A stretch of 64,000 nucleotides of DNA, taken from NCBI GenBank assembly GCA_963701855.1, contig CAVPBK010000012.1, positions 1 through 64,000 of the forward strand, given 5' to 3'. Source of the stretch: Nitrospirota bacterium. GTDB lineage: Bacteria; Nitrospirota; Nitrospiria; Nitrospirales; Nitrospiraceae. Both the position numbers and the translations under genes were made by a program. The notes beneath the pieces are model-generated. The model did no database searches and had not been told where the DNA came from. It saw only the letters and a program-made list of their open reading frames with translations. Shown one piece after another: positions 54,020 to 64,000 of this stretch. Every line of letters begins with the position of its first letter. Within the stretch, counting starts at the first letter, position 1.

Positions 54020-55292
54020 AGCGAACGCCATGCTCAAAAAGGCCAGCCTAGGGCATGTGTGCGGCGCCGGTGCTATGGCTACGTCGAGATCGTCTCGTCC
54101 GTGCTCGATGCCTACGGGCGGCCCAAGCGCGATCACGTAGAACGGAAAATCAACGAGCAACAAGCGGACGTGGTCCGGCAGATCTTCCGCCTCTGCGCTG
54201 CCGGCAAAGGGATGGTGTCGATCGCCAAGCAACTGAACGATGAGGGTAAGCCGGCCCCACGAAATAGCCAGGGCCGTCAGATCTCCTGGAGCCCGTCGTC
54301 CGTGCGCAGCGTGCTCTTCCGGCCACTGTACCGCGGCATCGTGACATGGAACCGGACCAAGAAGCGCAATACCTGGGGCATTCAACAGCAGCGCAAACGC
54401 CCGGAGAAGGACTGGCTCAAGATCAGCATGCCGGAGCTTCAAATTGCCTCCGAAGCGGAATGGAGGGCTGCCCATGATCGGCTGACCGCAACGCGTGCCG
54501 TGTACTTACGCGGGACGAAAGGCGAGTTGTGGGGAAGGCCGGCCAGCACGCTCGATTCCAAGTACTTGCTCACAGGGCTGGTGAAGTGCGGCGCATGCGG
54601 AGGAAGTATCTATGTAAAGAGCAGCTCCCGGAAGGGAGAACGTGCGCTTTTCTATGGCTGTATGACCTTTCATCTTCGCGGACGGACCGCATGTGCCAAT
54701 AGTCTTCTGACGCCCATGGATCGGGCTAACGAGGAAGTGCTCCGCGTGCTCGAGCACGATGTGTTGCATCCGAACGTCATTGCGACGGTGGTGCGGAAGG
54801 CCGTGGATAAGTTTCGGACGTCGGAACGGGAATGGAAGGAACGCCGGGAGGCGCTACACAAGCAAATCTCCTCGATCGACATTGAGCTCGGGCGGCTCGT
54901 GGCAGCCATCTCATCCGGAGGAGACATCCCGGCACTGGTCGCGGCGGTCAAAATAGCGAATGACCGAAGAACAGTGCTGTCGCAGGATCTGGCGGAGGTC
55001 GATAGCCAACAACATTCGGACGCCGATTATGATCAGCTAGAAAAAGAACCGCGGGCACACTTCGAAGCGTCCTGGCAGACGATATTAACCAGGTTGTTCA
55101 GACTCGCCAGATCCTCCGAAAACTTCTCGGCCCGGACCGCCTCCCCTTCATCCCCATGACGAATGAGCGTGGCTCTCAGTATGAATTTAAAGGGACCGCT
55201 TCGATTGGGCGGTTAGTGGCTGGCCGTGCAAAGGCCCTGGTGTCCCCAACGGGACCCGTCAAACCAGGGAGCAACTATAGAGCACGCGCTTA
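54020..55292 (+). pseudogene. Large serine recombinase lacking the catalytic N-terminus, frameshifted
   Basis: CYGY, ADVVRQIF, IAKQLN, YRG, LLTGLVKCGACGG zinc ribbon, coiled coil; second frame ends LVSPTG. Confidence 0.85.
55238..55254 (-). repeat. tRNA(Glu)-like 3'-end fragment (att-like) inside the recombinase 3' end
   Basis: TGGTGTCCCCAACGGGA identical to 23660-23676. Confidence 0.6.
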
Positions 55293-55323
55293 GCTTCAAG
55301 CTCGAGCTGTTGGTGGTGGCCAC

Positions 55324-55731
55324 ATGAGCACCCGTCTAGCCCTCCCCGCCCGCCGCCACCACATCACACAGAAAGTGAAAATCGCCGGACAACGGACGCT
55401 CTACCTCAGCGTCCATGACGATGAACGGCCGGCAGAAATCTTTCTCAGAGTAAAGGGGTCCGACTGTTCCTCCGAATTGATCGGTCTCTACGACGTCATC
55501 GCCCGCCTAATGAGTTTGGCCCTGCAGTACGGTGCTCCACTTGAGAAGGTCGGGGATCTCCTCGCAGGGGCTAAATTTGCTCCATGCGGCCCGGTCTCTG
55601 GGCACGCTTACCTCAAACAATGTTCGAGTCTCCCGGATCTGATCGGTCGGCATCTCTTGGTGGCGTACTGCGATCGAGAGGAGTTGGCCCCTGCGCCTCT
55701 GTCTCCGGTCGAGAAAGAGTGTCCGAGATGA
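55324..55731 (+). CDS. TSCPD-like domain protein (NrdJ C-terminal-like)
   Basis: LPARR..ITQKVKIAG..LYL...PAEIF, ARLMSLALQYGAPLE, SSLPDLI. Confidence 0.75.
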   Translation: MSTRLALPARRHHITQKVKIAGQRTLYLSVHDDERPAEIFLRVKGSDCSSELIGLYDVIARLMSLALQYGAPLEKVGDLLAGAKFAPCGPVSGHAYLKQCSSLPDLIGRHLLVAYCDREELAPAPLSPVEKECPR

Positions 55732-55773
55732 TTGGCGCCGACACACATTCTTTGTGAGGGAGAAAGGAGCATC

Positions 55774-56037
55774 ATGACCACCGTCAGACAACACAAGCGC
55801 TCTCGAGATTCTCGATCGACGGTCAACGCCATGCTGGACCAACCACGGCGGAGCCCCGCCTGGAAGCGGCGACGACAAGCCGCTCGGACGGTCTTCCGTC
55901 GATTTCTGAAAGAGGTGGATAGCTGGGAGAAGAATCCCCGCTATTTAGGCATGACGTTCCACGGAATCAAAGACGGCGATCGCTTGGGAGAGAAGCTGGT
56001 CCAGTTCGCTCGAGACGTGGTCGCGGGGCGCCGATGA
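55774..56037 (+). CDS. Hypothetical basic protein
   Basis: AAGGAG RBS; operon-like. Confidence 0.5.
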   Translation: MTTVRQHKRSRDSRSTVNAMLDQPRRSPAWKRRRQAARTVFRRFLKEVDSWEKNPRYLGMTFHGIKDGDRLGEKLVQFARDVVAGRR

Positions 56038-56156
56038 GTAGAGAGAAAAGCAAATCGCGGATGGGTTCAAGGACGCCGGGGCTCAAACGAAAACATGATG
56101 AAGCTGATCCCCCCATCGTATACAGAAATTCGGGTGGCTCCCGCGGTGAGATTCGC

Positions 56157-56585
56157 TTATTTGGGCGAAATGCCTGGTGGGAATGGTCCGGTGGCAGCCG
56201 GCAGTTGAAGCTGCTGGGCGCAGCGTCCAATGAGGGGCCAGGCTTGCTGCGCGAGCGCCTGCCCATCACGATGGCCTTCTCGTAGTTCCACTTGGGTGAG
56301 CTGAGTCAGAGCGACAAAATGCAACTCAAACCCTACGATCCGTTGAGCCAGGAGCGATTGTCGTGTGACGGTCAGAAAAAACTCCTGCTGATCAGGCCCC
56401 CCACTGAGGTGCGCCTCATAAGGAGAGTCGATGGCTTCGATCCCACGAAGGACGCAGTAGGAAAGGGCAGGAGCCGGGGCCGAAAAATTCCCAACCTGAG
56501 TCGTGGGCAGCTGACGAACCTCGGCCAGGCTCGCGACGCAGCCTGAGATCAGCAGGGCTAGACACAAGAGTGAGAGACGACGCAT
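56157..56585 (-). CDS. Hypothetical lipoprotein
   Basis: MRRLSLLCLALLISGC lipobox. Confidence 0.7.
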   Translation of the reverse strand: MRRLSLLCLALLISGCVASLAEVRQLPTTQVGNFSAPAPALSYCVLRGIEAIDSPYEAHLSGGPDQQEFFLTVTRQSLLAQRIVGFELHFVALTQLTQVELREGHRDGQALAQQAWPLIGRCAQQLQLPAATGPFPPGISPK

Positions 56586-56800
56586 GCAGGAAATCCTCGC
56601 ACAGCCCGCGGCCGGGCCCAAGCGTCATTACCGAAACATGACCCCAAGCACGGTGCCGGTCGCGACGATGACACCCCGGGCCAGCAATGCCTCGAAGAGC
56701 GAGCGCATTTCAGCCATGGTCTTTACCCCTTCATGTTGAAGATAGCGCCGATTGGGCATTTCGCAAACCTCGGAGTCACCCTAGAAGTGAAAGGAACATC

Positions 56801-57322
56801 ATGGGCGGTCTGACTCCGAAACAAGCGCGGTTTGTTCAAGAGTATCTCGTCGATGTGAACTCGACGCAGGCAGCAATTCGAGCTGGGTACAGCAAAAAGA
56901 CCGCGCAGGAGCAGTCGTCCAGGTTGTTATCAAATGTTATGGTTTCGGCGGCGGTTGCCAAAGAGCAGCACGCACTGGGGAGAAGAGGGGAGGCGGAGAA
57001 GGTGATCGCGGAGTTGGCGCTAATTGGTTTTGCCAACATGGGGGACTACGTGAATCTCTCTGATCCAGACAAACCAATGGTTGACCTTTCGAACCTCACC
57101 CCAAAGCAAGCATCAGCGATTGCAGCGGTCACGTACGAGAAGCGAGGGATAGAGCGACGTGTGAAGATCAAGCTACACGATAAGCTCAATGCCTTGGTGA
57201 CTCTCGGAAAGCATCTTGGGCTATTCAGTGAACGTCACTTACTCGGTGGTCTCGATGGCGGCGAGGTCAAGCAAGTCCATTCGATGGAAGTGGCGTTCGT
57301 CAAACCCCCGAGGTCACTATGA
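56801..57322 (+). CDS. Phage terminase small subunit
   Basis: LTPKQARFVQEYLVDVNSTQAAIRAGYSKKTA; KIKLHDKLNAL..LGKHLGLF. Confidence 0.9.
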   Translation: MGGLTPKQARFVQEYLVDVNSTQAAIRAGYSKKTAQEQSSRLLSNVMVSAAVAKEQHALGRRGEAEKVIAELALIGFANMGDYVNLSDPDKPMVDLSNLTPKQASAIAAVTYEKRGIERRVKIKLHDKLNALVTLGKHLGLFSERHLLGGLDGGEVKQVHSMEVAFVKPPRSL

Positions 57323-57371
57323 AGGTCAGCTTCCCGACACGTTGGGGGAGGATGCGTAGAGTAGTCGGGAC

Positions 57372-58238
57372 TCACTGAGCCGGTGAAGAGGCCGGCCATC
57401 CCATGGCAAGGTCCGCCACGATCGTCCCAATGACGACTTTGGCCTTCATGCGAAGCGGAATCCGCCTCGCGTCATTGGTGAACCATACCCGAATGTTCCC
57501 CTGGTTGAGGAAGATACCTTGGAACGGCATCACGACCAACACCCGAATAGTTTCGATCGTACCCCATGCACCCCTGATGGTCTCAATCTTTTCCACGAGT
57601 ACGTCTAGCTGATAATTCTTTTTATCATGGTGCACATTCATCGTCAGAGACGACCCTGGGTAGGGCCGTAACTCACTGCGGGCATAGTAGAGACAGGAAA
57701 TGGCATCTTGAGTGTGTGGCAGGATCGGTAATGTTTCCGTCGACCCTCCTTTGACCTCTGTGACTGTGCCCTCTTTTTGATGAAAGCTGTACTCGATGTC
57801 TTCTTTCTTTTTTCCTTCTCGTCGCCGAAAGCTCAAGTGTTCTGGGAGCAAGGTCTCGGGATCCACCAGCGACTCCACCCGGTTATCCACGGGGAAAAAT
57901 TTCGTGATGGCAGGCCGCGACTGTGCGGTGGTCACCAATTTTAGAAGGGGAGGATTTCCGTCTGTCCCAGCAGTGACTCCCATGACTGCCGTCCCGGCCG
58001 TGATATTCAGCCAAGTGATCGTGTAGGTGAACTGTTCTCCGATGTGGAAGGGGCGCCCTGAAGGGAGCGGGCTGCTGTCCCCAGCCCACGAAACCGTCAG
58101 ATTCATGGAGCTCAGGATCAGGGCTACCAGTACGCGAACCACTCCGATGGGCACACAATAACCGCCACCCATTCGCGCTATTATCCTCGCCAGGGGTTCA
58201 CTTGAGACCGAAGATGGCGCAGATGAACCATGCCACAC
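57372..58238 (-). CDS. DUF3108-like protein
   Basis: GEQFTYTITWLNITAG, IRVWFTNDARRIPLRM; start uncertain. Confidence 0.75.
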   Translation of the reverse strand: MWHGSSAPSSVSSEPLARIIARMGGGYCVPIGVVRVLVALILSSMNLTVSWAGDSSPLPSGRPFHIGEQFTYTITWLNITAGTAVMGVTAGTDGNPPLLKLVTTAQSRPAITKFFPVDNRVESLVDPETLLPEHLSFRRREGKKKEDIEYSFHQKEGTVTEVKGGSTETLPILPHTQDAISCLYYARSELRPYPGSSLTMNVHHDKKNYQLDVLVEKIETIRGAWGTIETIRVLVVMPFQGIFLNQGNIRVWFTNDARRIPLRMKAKVVIGTIVADLAMGWPASSPAQ

Positions 58239-58343
58239 ATCACTGAATCAATCCGTGCGATGAGCCCAATGCGGTTGGAGGAGCTGGGAAATCCAAGTCA
58301 GTAGAGGGATCCGAACTGCTGTGGCCCTTGATGCGCGGTGTAT

Positions 58344-58545
58344 CTACCTTGGTTCCTGGGCAACTTGATGCACCAGTTGCCAATCGCCTTTGAGTTGGGT
58401 GACCGCTTTATCACACTGGGGCCACCAGACGGTCAACTCGCCATTTTTCTCGCGGACTTCCACTTTGATCGCCTTGGCCATGGTCTTCGACTGAAACCAA
58501 TAGACTCCTGGTCTCGTCGGAAACTCGGTCCCCCGCCAGAAGGAG
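58344..58545 (-). pseudogene. 'PTxPGxYWF' family copy
   Basis: PTRPGVYWFQ...VEVREKNGELTVWWP. Confidence 0.6.
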
Positions 58546-59000
58546 GCTGTCAAGAAAAGTCTTATGGCCCTCACGAGGCGAGATACGACAGCTCCTTCAC
58601 GATCTTTCAATACCAGCAGTTCCATCATGCCATCTCGATACGAAGGCCCGGTCCTTCTCGGAGCCGGGCCTTCACCGATCAAAACTCCATCAGAATTCCG
58701 ATGGCGTTCACGGCTCGTTCACAACGCGTCCGCTGTGGCCGTGTTCCCATCGCGTTTTCTGACATACCACATCGTCCTGGATCCGCGAGAAAAGGGCCAC
58801 TAGGGAACACCCTAGTGATGGGCCGTTTCCAGCCTTATGAGCCATCCGCCCTCCTATATTTTATTTATCTGGTCACCTGGGCTGCCTGTGCAAGTCCAGG
58901 TCTTTGGTGAACCGAGCTGGACTCAAACCAGATACAAGATTCGGTCGTAACAAATGCTCGTATAGCAGAGCGATTGTTCCGCTCATTCTAACGGCTCCTC

Positions 59001-59019
59001 TTCCGCCACTCCCACGGCG
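59001..59019 (-). pseudogene. Thermonuclease extreme 3' remnant
   Basis: TTCCGCCACTCCCACGGCG (PWEWRK), identical to 48211-48229. Confidence 0.6.
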
Positions 59020-59135
59020 CTCCTTCAGGTTCATCCACGGGCTGGCTGGTATGAGCTGGTCGCAGGTTCGGAATTTTCAACCTTCAACAACACCGTAACC
59101 CCCCTCGATTGACTCCTACGTGCAAGCCGCCCTCC

Positions 59136-60895
59136 TCATCCAAAGGCCGTGAGATTCCCAGGGGTTTGCCTTATGCGATAGGCCATCGCATGGTCCGACA
59201 TCCCACGGAAGTGTTCCATTCCGACGAGAACACAGGTGTGCCCATCTCTGATGGCTGTATCTTGGAAATGGTGCAAATATTCCATGGTCGTGTGGTCAAC
59301 GATCTTGCCGGCCAAAATAAGCATATAGTCGGCTTTGGTGCCTTCCGGGACCACGATCTTCTTGAGTTCCGCGTCGAGTTTCACCAGATTCATGCAGGTG
59401 ACTGACGAGAGGTAAATCTTGTAGGGATTCTTCATCTCACCGATAGTGCCCCGTAGTACTGCATTGGCCGCGACGGTCATCACCTCACGCGCACCACGGC
59501 CGTCCCCGATGCGGATGACCGGATTGCGGAACAATTCCTTGAGTGCGGCCCCCACCCCCTCAACTGGAGAGGCCTTTATGATATCTTTCGCGAGGATGAC
59601 CATTTTCGTCAGCGTACCGACAATCATCCCCTCCAGCAGGTCTGAGGTCGCTAACGTCACCACCAGATTGACCACGGCAATACAAATCTGTTCCTTACCC
59701 ACCGAGAAGATCCGGATGAAAACTTTGTGCGAGACCAGTTTCCATCCAACCCACATGAGCAGCGCCGCCAAGGCCGTTTTCGGGATTTGATTGATCAGGG
59801 TTGTGGCGTACAACAGGAAGAACAACTGAAAGATCGCATAATAGAAGTTGGCCCAGAGGGTGCGGCCCCCGACGAGCATGTTGGTCGTACTCTTCATTCC
59901 ACCGGGAATGATGGTCAACCCCCCCAACATACTGGAGCAGGTGTTGGAGACCCCCATGGCCCGCAAGGTGACATTGGGGTTCGACTTGCGTTTAAACGGA
60001 TCGATTTTATCGATAGCTTGGATCGTGGCAAGCGACTCGACCCCGTCGATCAGGGTCAGCGTAACAATGGTGACTAGGTAGCTCCACCATAATTCTGTTC
60101 GTTCCCAGGCCTCCGTCCAATGGGGAAAGACGATCCCATGTTCAAAGACATCGCTGGGGACCTTGATGAGATACTTCTCCTCGAGTCCGATGAGCCACGC
60201 CACCAAGCCGGACAGGCTGATCACGATCAGGGGCACCGGAATGAATTTCGTCCAGGGCTTCTGTATACGGGCGAGCATACTGGTAATAAAAAAAGGAGGA
60301 AGAGGCTCACGGCTCCGATGGCGAAGATCAGCGGTGTCATGTCCATGACCTGTTCGGGAATCAGCGAGATGGCTTTGGGAATGGATTTGATGGGTGGCGT
60401 GATGTACCCAACAAATGCCGGGACCTGTTTGATGATGATCAGGCTGCCGATCGCCATCAACATGCCTTCGACCACCGAGATGGGAAAAAACAGCGCGAAT
60501 CGCCCCGCATGGAAGATGCTTAAGATCACCTGCACGACGCCGACAATGCTGATGGCCACTAGCAAAAGTGGATAGCCCACCTCCAAATTTCCATTCCCCA
60601 ACAAGATCATGCCGGCCAAGATCGCCGGCGCCAGGCCGGCGGCCGGCCCGCTGATCGTGAGATAGGCCCCCCCGAGGAAGGGAAAGATAAAGCCGGCAAT
60701 GATCGCCGAAATCAGCCCGCAGACAGGAGGCGCACCGGAGGCAATCGCAATACCAAGCGAGAGCGGGATGCCCATCATGGCGATTTGCAGACCCGCCATG
60801 AGGTCGTACCGCCAATGCTTCAACCCCGCCACCCCGTTTTGGGGTTTCTCCTTTTCTGGAACATCGTGCTGCTCCGGGGTAATGTCTTCTGGCAT
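59136..60895 (-). pseudogene. SulP-family anion/bicarbonate transporter split by a frameshift at a T7 tract
   Basis: DLMAGL, PLSLGIAIASG, ISGPAAGL, NVTLRAMGVSN; frames join at 60288-60294. Confidence 0.88.
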
Positions 60896-60991
60896 ATATG
60901 ACCCTAGAATTTCGGCCCTAGGTCCGTGTTCTTTTCACATTCACCGCAGATTCTGGTCACCAGCAAGTCCTTCCTTTTCCTCTTCGAAGAT

Positions 60992-61030
60992 CATGGCCGG
61001 ATTGTAGGAGGGAACCGAACGAAGGCGCAA
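60992..61030 (-). promoter_or_regulatory. Repeated promoter module (copy 10), upstream of SulP
   Basis: TTGCGC-18nt-TACAAT. Confidence 0.65.
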
Positions 61031-61064
61031 GGGCTACCGGCGCTACGTGGGGCACTAGCCATAG

Positions 61065-61200
61065 CGAGAGACGGTGGAGCTCGTTAGGAAGGGCCATCGC
61101 AGAGAATCGGCGAGCCTATGTGTTGGTCAATAATCGTGCGGAAGGTAATGCGCTGTTGACGGTGGAAGGGCTTGTGGGAATGCTACGCGAGGATACCCAA
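61065..61200 (+). pseudogene. DUF72-like C-terminal remnant
   Basis: RRAYVLVNNRAEGNALLTVEGLVGMLRE. Confidence 0.7.
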
Positions 61201-61337
61201 AGGCCCGACCCCCTTTCGGAGCCGAGCCATTTATTTCAGATTCCGCCATGGTCGCACTGCATGCCCATGGAGGCGAGTATGCCTGCAGAGGGCTTCCATA
61301 GCGGTTTCTGATCCAACGGGCGTTCGCTTCTCGCAGA

Positions 61338-61589
61338 CTACCTGCTCAGACTTGATTGCATCTCCTTCGCACTCGGTGCTGACATGAATTCTGTTAGCCG
61401 CGAGCCGAGTGAGATCTGATAGGTCGAGAAACCGACTTGACGAAGGAACACCCGCCCGTCCCTCGACATGCAATCTACAGCACCGAATACCTCTCCCCAA
61501 CTGAAATTAGGAAGGGCCGAGACGACCTCATCAAAACAGCGTGGATCACTCTGTAGCTTTTCAAGAATCGCTTCTTCTATGGGTAGCAT
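61338..61589 (-). CDS. Small winged-helix-like hypothetical protein
   Basis: SWGEVFGAVDCMSRDG; paralogue of 53383. Confidence 0.65.
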   Translation of the reverse strand: MLPIEEAILEKLQSDPRCFDEVVSALPNFSWGEVFGAVDCMSRDGRVFLRQVGFSTYQISLGSRLTEFMSAPSAKEMQSSLSR

Positions 61590-61699
61590 GGCGTGAGACC
61601 TCCGATTGAAGTGAGGTGCGCAGGTTACCGGGCATGCTAACAGGAGAGGGCGATGTGCGGAACTAGGAAATGGCCTACGAAACCTGCCAGGAGCCAGAA

Positions 61700-61815
61700 T
61701 GTTTCAGTACAGCTGGTGCGCCAGGCTGTCGGAGCGCGTATGTCCTGGTCAACAATCGGGCGGATGGCAACGCCGTTGACGGTGCAAGGCCTTGTGGGGA
61801 TGTTGCGGGGCGGGG
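61700..61815 (+). pseudogene. DUF72-like C-terminal remnant
   Basis: VQLVRQAVG / AYVLVNNRADGNA / PLTVQGLVGMLRG, with indels. Confidence 0.7.
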
Positions 61816-61831
61816 ATTGTGGAGGGATTGT

Positions 61832-62074
61832 TCATTCACCGCCCATCCCTGGAAACTTGCCTTGAGCCAATTTCTGCATCATCTCCATGAGTTGCTGCGT
61901 TGCTTCATTGCCTTGGATATTGCGCATCTGTGCTGTGCGCGCCGTCTCTTGATCACAGGCGCTGATATGCACAGCGCGCCCACCAATTTTCTCCTCTGTG
62001 CGAATGTCTGTCACCACTAATGTCTTCCCATCCACAACGATGAGACTCCCTGTCTTTATTTCCACGTTCTCCAT
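61832..62074 (-). CDS. Hypothetical protein
   Basis: GGGAG RBS; 80-aa ORF. Confidence 0.55.
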   Translation of the reverse strand: MENVEIKTGSLIVVDGKTLVVTDIRTEEKIGGRAVHISACDQETARTAQMRNIQGNEATQQLMEMMQKLAQGKFPGMGGE

Positions 62075-62412
62075 GTCTGTACTCCCTTTCTGTGATATTG
62101 GACATGACGGATAATAAGCAAGACGGGGAATGTGGTTCAAGCGAAGAACGGAAGTTTGGTACCTTTCCCCTCCGTTATCGTTTCACCTTTCCTCTCAAGG
62201 TACTCGTCCTTCCCTCATCTTTTACCATGAGCCGAACGGTAGTGCGCGTGGGGCGCAGAAGCAAATAAAGAAAGGTGGCACATGCCATAAGGTAAACACC
62301 CAAGCCAAGATGTTCCATAATTCACCCTCCCTTTCGCTAAACAAGCTAACCAACCAACATTAGTCACGCATTAGTAGAAGATTAAATGGAACTTATGCAT
62401 CGGTAGAAGGAC

Positions 62413-62466
62413 GAAGGGACCGCGCCGTTGACGGTGCAGGCGCTCTCTGAAATGCTGCGACGTTAA
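62413..62466 (+). pseudogene. DUF72-like extreme C-terminal remnant
   Basis: EGTAPLTVQALSEMLRR*. Confidence 0.6.
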
Positions 62467-62839
62467 GTGAAGTTTGCGATTGCTCAGTGAAGCCTATGGC
62501 GCAGATCCTGAAGACGTGGGAGGCGTAAGGCGAAAACGCGAAACGTCGATGAAGGCAGAGGGGGGTTAGGCGGGCGCCAATATTTTGTAGTACACAACCC
62601 GGCCCTGCTTTCTGCAAGTGAAGCAGATTCCTTCTTCTCCTAAGACCAGTTCATTATTTTGTGAGGGACGGCTGGCATCAATAAATGTCAAGTGGGAGCA
62701 TCTCACAAGTGGAAGCCTTCCACTACCGTAAGTGTTTCACCCTATACCACGCTTCTGGGGAATATCCCACGATCATCGAGACCGAGTACATTCCACCTAC
62801 ACAACGCATTCTTCACCACTAACTAACCGGAGGTTCATT

Positions 62840-63088
62840 ATGACCAAGATCGAGACCGACCACATCGATACCGCCATCTATTCCCTCGCGACAGTCACCG
62901 ATACGGCGAACGGTGCTGTACGGGAACAACTGATAGGGATTATCCAACAGCTCTCGGATCTCGCCGGAGCACGTACGAATGTTCGCGTCTGGCTCCACGA
63001 ATTCAATCCCTCTATCCCAGTCGAAGCACCTACGGCAGTAGCAGACGCCGCCGCACAGGAGTTCGACGAGACGATGGCCGGAAAGTAG
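62840..63088 (+). CDS. Hypothetical protein
   Basis: GGAGG RBS, 82-aa ORF. Confidence 0.55.
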   Translation: MTKIETDHIDTAIYSLATVTDTANGAVREQLIGIIQQLSDLAGARTNVRVWLHEFNPSIPVEAPTAVADAAAQEFDETMAGK

Positions 63089-63465
63089 CGAACATGACAC
63101 GCGCCGGTTGCTCTGGCCAGGGCTTCCGGCGAAGTTCTTCCCATCACCGCATAGCGCACAACGCAGTTCTCGACAACAACAACTCGGTCGGAGAGACGCC
63201 CGCAAACCGCGAGGCCGGGGGACTAACTGGTCTTTTCACGTCTCTCCAACTACATCACCACTGAAAATGGGAGCATCTCGGAACATGAACGACAAGACAT
63301 TCGATCAGGTAGAAGCGGAAGAATCCCGCCGACACCATCGGGCTATGAACATCACGCCAAAGGAACACGCAATTCAACGGGCCATCGCCAAGCGTAACGC
63401 GAAGGAGAAACTCGCCGCACCAGTCACCACGGCACCGATCCTCCCGGCTCCTGCACCGACTGTCG

Positions 63466-64000
63466 ATGAAGAATCACACAGTCAACTTGTACCCGGAAGT
63501 CCACTTCGACTTCTACCGAATCCCACACTCGCCCGCTATGCATACCGTCATCGACTTCTACTTCTCCAAGTGGAAGACCTACGAAGAGGGACAACGACGG
63601 CGGGCACTCAAAGCGGATAGTATCCCGGCGTACCGTCTCATGCTCGGTGTATTGTTGGCCAACCTACAGCACGCGAAGGTCACGGGCCGTAAAGGTGGAG
63701 TGTACACGTCACGGTCGAAGGCGATCCTAGGACGATCAGAACCTAGATACTGGCCGGTGGAATTCAATGAACGCTTCATTACGCTCCTCGACGGTCTCAC
63801 CGACATGAACGTAATTCTCCAACAGGTTGGTATGTGGCACGGTGATCGAACGATCATCAACGGGACTCGTCACTTGTGGGATACCATGCGACGGCAGCAC
63901 GCCTTGCATGAATGCGACACCACAGCGAATCGGGTTCGACAAGAGGTCTGTCTTCTGAAGTCTTCCAAGGAGTGGGATGCCGACAGCCCCATCGAACCAA
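63466..64000 (+). CDS. Hypothetical protein running off the window end
   Basis: Open frame MKNHTVNLYPEVHFDFY...EVCLLKSSKEWDADSPIEP with no stop before 64000; absent from the supplied ORF track. Confidence 0.6.
   Translation, partial: MKNHTVNLYPEVHFDFYRIPHSPAMHTVIDFYFSKWKTYEEGQRRRALKADSIPAYRLMLGVLLANLQHAKVTGRKGGVYTSRSKAILGRSEPRYWPVEFNERFITLLDGLTDMNVILQQVGMWHGDRTIINGTRHLWDTMRRQHALHECDTTANRVRQEVCLLKSSKEWDADSPIEP

Overview
This window is an accessory, heavily decayed region. The families it contains (PilZ-type proteins, surface-adhesin-E-like proteins, thermonuclease paralogues, conserved lipoproteins) suggest a Nitrospira-like bacterium, which is an inference. There is no rRNA, intact tRNA or CRISPR array. 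Recognisable genes include cydAB, a TPP-dependent 2-keto-acid decarboxylase, a ferredoxin, a SRAP-umuD-umuC cassette, a Vgb-like lyase, a dienelactone hydrolase, a TerB-like protein, a SulP transporter (frameshifted), a LuxR regulator, a response regulator, two FKBP PPIases, a TlpA, a deaminase and a methyltransferase. Mobile DNA includes two IS110-family elements, an IS3, recombinase and integrase relics with tRNA-derived att-like sequences, and a terminase small subunit. The most striking signal lies between these genes, where a small set of backbone remnants recurs with fixed polarity: about 14 thermonuclease copies (all on -, mostly 5'-truncated), about 10 copies of a sigma70-type promoter with an 'MPFSIRPxRRFP' leader (all on -, some reduced to the promoter), 5 DUF72-like 3' ends (all on +), and 3 ComEA/HhH copies. 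Unrelated cargo genes sit between them. The pattern suggests a cassette-like array built by repeated capture or tandem accretion, but the mechanism is unproven.
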